This document shows, in pieces, positions 54,903 through 64,000 of a stretch of DNA of 64,000 nucleotides. The position numbers and the translations under genes were made by a program. The stretch comes from Geosiphon pyriformis uo1 (lineage: Eukaryota; Fungi; Glomeromycota), in NCBI GenBank assembly GCA_016748015.1, contig JAAOMT010000762.1:372001-436000 (forward strand), written 5' to 3'. The notes under the pieces were generated by a model. The model was not told the DNA's origin and did not search any database. It saw only the letters and a program-made list of their open reading frames with translations. Positions within the stretch are counted from its first letter, which is position 1; each line of letters begins with the position of its first letter.

Positions 54903-57900
54903 ATATAATCCTACAGAAAACCAGTGCCAACAACACCATCCAAACGTGGCAGAATCAGAAATTATAGGAGCCAATTACTTAGGATTTGCAAAATTCTTGT
55001 TTCAACAATACAGCCAACAATTAAGATTAAACAGTAATCACTACCCAGCCAAATTAGCCTTCAACTATTACGTCAATGATAAAATCACAGACTGTTTAGG
55101 AGGAACTGTTAATATCGAGTCAGTAAGAGAAAATTTCTATACAGAATTATTTCAACATACTAGCTTACCAAGAAATCACAGTTTTGCCCTAATCATCAGA
55201 AAAATCAATCAAACCATTGAAAGATACATGCAACAACAATTTCCTATTACCTATGCAGACAAAGGTAAAAGAAGAATACAAACACCAACAGCAACACCAA
55301 AAAGAATACAGTTACTTAGTTAGAAGAAACACAGAGTAGAATCACCAACTGCTCTATCATATCACTACACACCTGAAAGTGCCATCAACATTTTATCAGC
55401 AAACATGTTCACATCAAACGTAACATTAACATTTGGAAGATTTCAGTTCCAAAGCAAAGAACAGAAAAAAGACTTATTAGAACCATACGGTGTGTATTTT
55501 GAAGGATTTAAATCACGATCCCCAATGCCATTAGGAATTTGATCACCAATATCCCAACCAGATTTTGGAGCCACTATTCTGTGAGAATTATCAGAGAAAG
55601 AAAAAGAAGGAAGTAAAGATTAAGGATTCACTTACCAAAACCTGATCTCAGAAAACTTGGAATTCGGAACCCCAAACATTCAAACTCAGCAAAATCAAAA
55701 CAATCAGAACTCTGATTTAATTAATCAGCCAAACATAACCCCAAATATTGTCATCAATCACCCACCAATTGATCCAATAGTTGAACCCATTTAGCAGCCA
55801 CCTCAACAACCGAATCCGCAAATCCAACAGCCACAAGGACCACTTCAGCAACCACCACTACAACAACAACTGCTACAGCAGTCACAACAACAACTAAACA
55901 TAAACCAAATGGCCTATGCACCCATTACCAAGTTAGAAAACTTTACCAGTAAAGAAGACAATGTTCAAGCATGGATCAATGATGTCTTCAAGACCATCAT
56001 AGCAAACAATTAGAACGATGCCAGAGCTCTACAGACAATCTCATATTTTCTCAAAGAAACCACTGATTCTTGGTACCAGAGTTTAGCCACCAGATCACAA
56101 ACATTCCAACAATTCAAAACTGTCTTTCTGGGATATTTTAGCAACAATAACAGTATTAATTGTCTAGCCAATACTTTTACCACAATCAAACAAAATAATA
56201 CTAAAGCAGTCACAACATATTTAGGACACTTTCATAGAATCCTACGCCAAATTCAAGCCATCGACACCATGTATTTCACAGAATCCCAGATCCTCAACCA
56301 GTTTATTTGTGGCCTGCACAGTAGCATTTTGCAACATATATGCCCATTACATCCAGCCAACTTTCAAGCCGCAGTACACATGTCAAAGATTTTGAATTAG
56401 CTGAGCTAAAAGCCAATCATGCTCAAGCTGTAAATTTAGTAATGAATGAATCATCTGATTTGGATTTCAAATTAAAGCAAATCAGTGATACCATCAATCA
56501 GAAAATCAAGAGATACTTAGCTAACAACTATTAGTTCATTTATTAACCTTCCCAAAGATGCAGTAATCAGAGAAACTACAATCATTCCCAAAATCAAGCG
56601 CATTTCTCAACATCGGCCAATCAGCAGTGGCAGCCAGAGATGTATGTCTGCCACAATTATGGTAAACAAGGCCACATAAGAGCCAACTGCAATGCTTATA
56701 ATTAACAATCGGGAAATTAACATCGAAACCCCGATCACCAATTCCAAACCCCAAATCAATATCAAAATCAAGAGCAAAATCAAAACACTTATCTGCCAAT
56801 GACACAACAGCCAATTTATCAAGCACCAGTATATTAGATCCCAGTTTATCAACCGCAACCACCAGCAATATATTAACTGCAGCCATCCATAATATATCAA
56901 CCCCAGTCACAAGTAATCTATCAACCTCAAACCATTCAAACACTGCCCCAAAACTTACTTCAACATGGAATCTAAAGACTGAGAATGACATAACAAAACT
57001 GGAAATTGGTGATGGTTGTCCACCAACTGATTCCCAGTTTCTTCAACTTATCATCAGGATTGTATTTTTGGAATTTGGGTACCAGTGCTACCCAAAACCT
57101 GAATTCCCAGAACTATTTAAGTCTCCTGGTTACCCCAGAAGATGCCACACCCAGCAACCCAGAAACCAACCCAATCCAAAAACTTACCAGCAACATACCA
57201 CTAGCAATGGTCACTGAAAACAAAACATTAGCAGCCATTTTCCTGTTTGAGTTTGAGAAAACCACCCCAGTCCTATTATTCAGTAGAGCTGCTCTTGAAG
57301 AGAAACCCATTACAGCAATATATACTGATGCCAAAGTAGATGGCCACTCTATCAAATTAATTTTAGATAGTGGTTTAGCAGGCAGCATTATCATGTAACA
57401 ACTCATAGACCAATTAGGTCACTGAGTTGATCATGCTACTAGTGTTCATATAATTACTGCTAATAGAGTAACCAAAACTCCAATTGGTGAAATCGACAAT
57501 TTCCCATTCGAAATCAATGGCATTATAATACTCATTAAAGTCTTGGTAATGGAAGCCACACAATAACAGACTCTCATGGATAATAATTAGTTGTTGAAAA
57601 CTCATACTACCCTCAATTGAACCACCCAAGAACTACAATTAATCTTTGGTGGTCAGCATATTCAAACACTGGTCACTTGTGGCCACTTTAAGCCAAACAA
57701 TGCCCAACCACTCATCGAGTTCGAGAAAGAAACAAGGAAACCTACCTGGGAAGCCTACTAAGTCTTATGGGCTAACCAAGACCATAACAAGTTGTCACTA
57801 GTACCTTCTTGGAACAGCAACATCAAAGAAAAACAAAAAGAAACAGAACTTACCTGGACCTCTGACCAAGCTTGGGAAACAAAAAATGACTACAATGAAC

Positions 57901-58959
57901 CAGCCGATTGGGAATGGAAAGAAGAAGATAATGGAAAGAGAAAAGAGAAAGAAACCATACTGAAAGAGACCACCAGCACCAGCGAAATAACCAATGGCTG
58001 GACCAGTTCATACTTAGTCCATGAGCCACTATCACAACTGCCATATATTTTATTCAAATGCAAAGACTGTGGAAAAAAACTTTTTTTCATGGGAGCATGG
58101 ATCATGCCAGACAAAAACCACTGGATACAAACCCATTACTATTGTAAGCCATGCTATAAAGAATGTTATGGCTACCCAAAAAAACAGAGCAAGTAGGACA
58201 ATGAACCATGTCTCGCTTGCGGCAAACAATTGCTCGACAAAGGAATGTGGAATGACATCCCTGGTCAAGGAGGAATGTGTGACACTTCATGCCAATACAT
58301 GATCCTTATTAATAACTAAGTAAGTTGTGGTACCCCGATTATAGCAGCATGGCACCGAGCGCTTGATTGTTTAGATGATTACCTCTATGACAAAGAGGAG
58401 ATCTAATGAATGGCCAATACCAAAGTAGAAGGTACTACACCCAGTAAAATACTGGAAATTAAAAACAATCCCCCAAAACCAGTCGATATTATTCGTATTC
58501 CTAACTTAGACACTTTCATGGACAAAGAAACAGATTCAGAAGACTTCCACAAATACTACCAAAATTTGGCACCTACAAAAAAAGAGTAGGAGCAGTGTTT
58601 AGAACAACTAAACACCCAATTATGTGACCACTGTTTGATTCCTTGTGACTTCCAATATTGTAATGAGTGTGACCTTATTTACAATCCACTACCATGCATA
58701 ATCTACATGATCCCAGAGGAAATCGAACTAATCAGCAGCTGTGCATCCAAATCGGAATTACCATTCGATTCCAATTCAAACTCTGACAATGATGATAACA
58801 AAAACACCAGTTCCAGCTCCATTCAAATTGGTGATAATAATGACAACAATTCTAACTCAGATTCAAACTCTGACCCAAAATATAAACAATACATTGCACT
58901 GCCAGACCTCTCCAAAGAACAGAAGTTAAAATGGTATAGTGACAATAATAAAGGTATTA

Positions 58960-59350
58960 TGCCAGAATGCACACATAATACTGATGCCAGGTTTGATCTG
59001 AGGTATCCAGGAAAAGATGTCATCAAATTGGAACCACATTTGCGCACTTGCATTGATCTGAAAGTAGCATTAGAAATCCCAGCAACAACAATAGTTTAAT
59101 TAGCATCTAGGAGTAGTTTAGTGAAAAGAGGGATTAATATAAGAGGAGAAATAATTAATGCAGGATATATAGAAAATATTATTGTTATGCTACAAAATAA
59201 CTCTAAAAAGACCTATATCATAGAGCCAAATGAAAAGATAGCACAGACAATATTCCTGCCTCTGGTGAAAATAATGCAGTTAGTATCAGTGGAAAATAGG
59301 GAGGAATTAAGGATAACAGCAAAAAGAATACAGGGATTTAGATCAATGAG
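58960..59350 (+). pseudogene. dUTPase domain in family A pol
   Basis: All five trimeric dUTPase motifs in order, lightly decayed: DARFDL, LASRSSL, GEIINAGYIEN, EKIAQ, RIQGFRSM. Confidence 0.9.
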
Positions 59351-61246
59351 TAGAATAGATGTACTAGTCAATATGGCAGAAGAAAAAATTGTTGACCTAG
59401 GAGAAATTATCTCAATGGGTCAAGCAATTTCTATTCCATCATATGGCCAGTACATGGTAGGAATAAAGCGGAAAGTAAAAAAACAGAATCAAATTTTTGA
59501 AGCAAAACCAACTCTTTGTGAATCAGGAGAGATTGGATTCATTAATCTCCATATACCAGCCAAAGATTACAGTTACATCAAAATTCCCATCTATAATAAC
59601 ACAGGAAATGTCATAGTAATATCAGCCGAAACCACTATTGGATATTTAAGCACTGAAATAGAGAATTAATTACCAAGCACCATTCCAGACTTTCCACAGC
59701 TTTGTGAATATGTCAATATCATATCACAAACAATATATGAACAAAGCAAATGTTATTTGCTCTAATCAAAGCAATTGGAACAAATGAACATGGGAAACTT
59801 AGATCCACTTCAATGTATACAGCTTAAGATGTTGTTTAACAATTTCAATGACATCTTTGCCAGTGAAAACGAGTTTGGCCAAACTGATATTATCCAGCAT
59901 TAGATTAAGACTAAAAATGTAATGTCAATTAAACAAAAAGCATACAGAGTACCACCAGCTAGCCATGAGATCATTTGTCAAGAGATAAACTGAATGCTTA
60001 ACAATGGGCTAATTCAATCATCAATGAGCCCATGGTCATCACCAGTGGTACTTGTCTGGAAGAAGAATAGAAAAATCCGATTTTGTGTGGACTACAGGAA
60101 ACTCAATGGTGTAACTTGTGAAGACAGCTATTCAACCCCAAGAATACAAGAATTGTTTGATGCTTTCGGCAAAAACAAATGATTCTTAACATTAGACTTA
60201 AACAGTGGTTACTGGCAAGTAGCCATGGATCCAGCTGACAAGGAGAAGATGGCATTTACCACTAGAGAAGGGAATTTTGAATTTGAAGTAATGCCTTTCA
60301 GCTTAACCAATACCCCAGCCACTTTCCAATGGCTAATGAAAATTGTTTATACTGACTTATTGTGGAAATCAATAGTTGTATACTTGGACAACACCAATGT
60401 ATTCTCAAAAACATTTGATGATCATTTTCATTATCTTTAACAAGTGTTCAAAAGGCTAAGAAAAGCAGGACTAAAGTTAAATGCAACAAAGTGCTTCTTC
60501 AGCAAGACAGAACTAAAATTCTTGGAACACATAGTCAGCAAAGACAGCATCAAAATAGATCCAGAGAAAATAGAAATAGTAAAAAACTTTCCAGTACCAA
60601 CCAATGTGACTGAATTGAAATTATTCTTGGGATTCACAAGCTATTATTGATGCTTTATAAAGAACTTTTCAAAAATAGCTCAACCACTCAATAATCTGCA
60701 AATCAAAAATACAAAATATAAATGGACAGAAAGTTAACAAGAAGCTTTTGATATTCTGAAAAGAAAGCTTATTCAAGCTTCAGTACTGATCTACCCAGAT
60801 CACAACAAACCATTTATTATTACCACCAATGCATTAGGCCAAGCATTGGGAGCAGTACTATCTCAAAAGAAACCAGACAGCAGAAAACATCTAGTAGCAT
60901 ATGCCAGTTGAGGTCTAACACCAGCCGAAAAGAACTATGGAACACCAGAACTAGAACATTTAGCAATCTATTGGGCAGTCATGAAATGGAACAAATACTT
61001 GAGCCAAAAGTTTGATATATACATGGATCATAAAAGGTTAACATCATTTTAAAAGCAAAAATTTGATGATGGCTGCCAATCCAGATAGAAAATGGCATTC
61101 TCACAATATACTTATACTATACACTATAAGAAAAGAAAAGACAATGGAAATGCTGATGGTTTGTTACAAATAAGACAAATCTAAGAACATTTCAACCCAA
61201 AAATATAACAAAACCAGAACAATACCAATGAAAAATATAACAAAAG

Positions 61247-62629
61247 ATGAACATACAAAAATATTAACAACTTTAACATTATATAAACATTCAACAGTTC
61301 AAGAAGAATTTATCTCAAATGAAATAAAAGAGTATTAAACAACAATCACAATATTTTATCACTCACCAAAATATACTTTATTGGAAAAATAGAAGAGATC
61401 TAGATTAACCAACCAGAGTAATTACAGAGCCAGAAAAAAAAACAATATTATTCAACATGCATTCAAATCCAACAGCAGGACACTTTCACAAAGAAGCAAC
61501 CATGAAAAAAACTAGAAAAAGATACTATTGGCCATCAATATATCCAGACATTATCCAATATATTCAAAATTGTGATGCTTGTCAGCGAAAAAAAGGAACA
61601 AGACCCAGTGAACCATTAAGACCAGTCAAAGTGGGACAACCATTCGACCATATTGGAATTGATTTAGTCAGACTATTAACAATTACCAGCAGAGGAAACA
61701 AATACATAGCAGTAGCCATGGACTATCTCACTAAATGGCCAGAGATGAAAGCAATTCAAAAAGTGGATGCAGAATCCATTGCCAAATTCATTCATCAGGA
61801 TTTGATTTGTCGACATGGATGTCTAAAAGAATTATTATCAGACCAAGGAATGCATTTTGTGAACAGAACATTAATAGAATTGAGCCAAAGATTCGGAATT
61901 AAAAGACTATTATCATCATCATACCATCCACAAACCAATGAATTAGTCGAAAGATTCAACAGAACATTGTGTGAAGCAATAGCTAAGCTCAGCCAAGAAA
62001 ACCAGAATGATTGGGATTTGTTGATACTATCAGTACTATTTGCTTATCGGACAATAAAGCAAGATACTACACAAGCAACATCATTTGAATTAGTATATGA
62101 TAGAACAGCAACACTATCAATGGAAATAGAAATCAGCACATATCCAACCAAACCAATAACAGAAAAAAATTTCAAAAACACATTGTTGAAAAGAATATAT
62201 AACTTAATGGAAACATTAGAAAACCAACAACAGAGAGCAGCTGATAACATACAAAGATTACAAAAAAAACAAAAAAAAAGACATGATAACCAACTACCAG
62301 ATAAACCAGTTGAACTCAAGATTGGAGACAAAGTACTATTATATTGTACCAAAGTGGAAAAACAATGGAGTGGAAAATTTGACTCCAAATAGGATGGACC
62401 ATTTCACATAGAAGAAATTCTAGGAAATAGAGCTTACAAATTAAGATTGAATAACAAAATCTTAACCAAAGCAGCACATGGAGATTGACTGAAACCATAT
62501 CACTATATAGCATCATCATCTACCAGTAATATTCCACAACTGGAAGTACAGAGAATACTAGTCCAACCAGATAAGATTCCACAAGATCTGGAACCAATCA
62601 TCATCATTGATAACAACATGTCCAATTAA
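61247..62629 (+). pseudogene. A4 integrase, separate ORF with its own ATG (460 codons), no chromodomain
   Basis: MNIQKY...; HHCC (HSNPTAGH...CDAC); DDE (IGIDLV, LLSDQG, LVERFN); GPF motif; ends EPIIIIDNNMSN*. Different frame from RT/RNase H. Confidence 0.88.
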
Positions 62630-62683
62630 TTGACAAAAAAAATATATAAAGGCATGGTTGATGTGACAGAAAAATGCAGAAAA

Positions 62684-63313
62684 ATGGAAATTACCAACAA
62701 CATCTATTCATTAGCACAACAAATCTTTCAATTAATTCAACACCAGAAGATGGAAATTACAATCAATCAACAAACTATTTGATACAAAAGTACTGCAAGA
62801 ATACCACAACACAAAGTACAGAAAAAACTTGAAAATGTTGTTGACAAGATCATGACCAAGGTAAAATTGGCCATGAAAGAACAATGAATAGTCGGATTAC
62901 ACCAAGAACTTACCAGAGAAACTTAGACTTGGTAGACACAACAATTTTTGAAAAACTATTGTCATTTTCACTTGGGACAACACGTAAATATCCAGAATTT
63001 GTACACTGACAAAACAAAATAGTTATTTGACACAACAATACTGAGACAACTAGAACAATTTATAGGAAAGAACAATCTAACCACACAAGCTCGAGCTATT
63101 TACTGGCTATATATGGGATTTCAAGACTGACCAGAAATCTTACTCAACACAGCAATAGATACAGTTACAAGTAATCAATTGGAAAAAATGACCAATGCCT
63201 AATTTAAAGAACTACAAACTCAAATAACACAAATAATACTCAAAAAAGAAGTTCAAGAAATAATTCAAGAGGGGAAATTAAAAGAGTTAGATTTCAATGG
63301 AGCTCAATATTAA
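62684..63313 (+). pseudogene. A4 ORF3, 209 aa protein of unknown function
   Basis: MEITNNIYSLAQQIFQ...ARAIYWLY...LDFNGAQY* with no frameshift over 630 nt; internal stops are all reachable by one C>T or G>A. Homologues in A2 (~21736-22363) and A1 (~2520-3190). Confidence 0.8.
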
Positions 63314-63326
63314 AAGAAGGGAATAA
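63312..63326 (+). promoter_or_regulatory. Polypurine tract of A4
   Basis: aaaagaagggaataa immediately 5' of the 3' LTR. Confidence 0.88.
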
Positions 63327-64000
63327 TATTACTCATAGAATATAGGAAGTATATTATTATTAGCAAGTAGATATTAGCCAATTAGAAGTAGACATAGTAA
63401 ATGTGGAATTCCAGGATTCCTCTTAGAAAAATTACAGGATTCCAGAATTTCAGGATTCTCCAGTGAGAAATCACAGAATTCCAGAATTCCAGAATTTCTC
63501 TCATCAGGAATTGCAGGATTTCAAAAATTCCAGGATTCCTGTTGCAAGAAATTGAAGAATTGAGGAATCTCAAATATGTATATATAGCAGTAGTATTAGA
63601 AACAAAAGAAAAAAAATTGACACCAAGAATCCTTAGCTTAGTTACCACAATCCTCAAATAAATAATTATTCACTATATCAAATTCATTCTTCACTATCAA
63701 CACTTCATGTTGATAGTAACTGATACTTAACCATACTGAAACAATAGCTTTTGATCAAGGCTATTAACGGGATACTAACTTACAAATCACCTTGGCTTAT
63801 TTCTTATTTTCTCTTTTATCTTTTCTTTATTTTCTTTGTTGTCTACTAACTTGATTAAAGAATTTACTCTTGGAGGACTTATGGAGAAATAAACTTGCTT
63901 AAACAATACTTATTCTTAGAGGACTTACAAAGAAACTGACATCAGGAAACAGCACTGGTATACACTTATAGAGGATATTATACCAGAAGAATCAACCATC
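63327..64000 (+). repeat. 3' LTR of A4 (partial)
   Basis: Direct repeat of 54004 onward; initial TG mutated to TA. Confidence 0.95.

Larger units (their letters stand above)
54886..61184 (+). pseudogene. A4 gag-protease-Cys-rich-dUTPase-RT-RNase H polyprotein (ancestrally one frame)
   Basis: 54886 and capsid MAYAPITKLE (55909) share a frame. After a 1-nt loss near 56377, the knuckle, 57006, 57792, 58635, 59121, 59994, 60225 and 60444 all share a frame. Internal stops derive from CAA/CAG/CGA/TGG. Ends GNADGLLQIRQI* at 61182-61184. Confidence 0.85.
54004..64000 (+). mobile_element. Ty3/Gypsy family A copy A4, structurally complete and least decayed; 3' LTR runs off the window
   Basis: 5' LTR, PBS, gag, CCHC knuckle (56649-56690), protease LILDSG (~57360), Cys-rich insert, dUTPase, RT, RNase H, integrase, ORF3, PPT, 3' LTR. 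Confidence 0.96.

Noticed and set aside
56536-57406. Antisense ORFs in A4 gag/protease (151 aa, 97 aa, 97 aa)
   Set aside because: Reverse complement of Gln/Pro/Thr-rich codons; no motifs and no sign of constraint in A3.
62684-63313. ORF3 as an envelope glycoprotein or chromodomain
   Set aside because: No signal peptide, transmembrane helix, furin site or chromodomain pattern is visible.

Overview
Eukaryotic fungal DNA. The intron-rich genes and the style of the transposon proteins suggest Glomeromycota, possibly Geosiphon (recognised from memory, not from a search). A ~6 kb island of two intact housekeeping genes on the minus strand (MON1, 13 exons; NUP54/NUP57, 7 exons) sits between ~58 kb of nested, dead transposons. 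These comprise two LINEs (APE-RT-RNase H), four copies of one Ty3/Gypsy family (A, with dUTPase and a Cys-rich insert), two copies of a second family (B), a solo LTR and a TTAA-flanked DNA transposon (Sola3-like). Main findings: (1) Both Gypsy families appear to stop after RNase H, encode integrase as a separate ATG-initiated ORF, and carry a ~205-210 aa non-env ORF3 that ends at a shared GGAGCTCAAT motif next to the PPT. (2) All repeats show extreme C>T/G>A hypermutation, also outside CpG, that worsens with insertion age and stops at the gene island, i.e. a RIP-like pattern. (3) One ~10 kb deletion through the centre of two inverted family A copies explains the left half of the window. All alignments and counts were done by hand.
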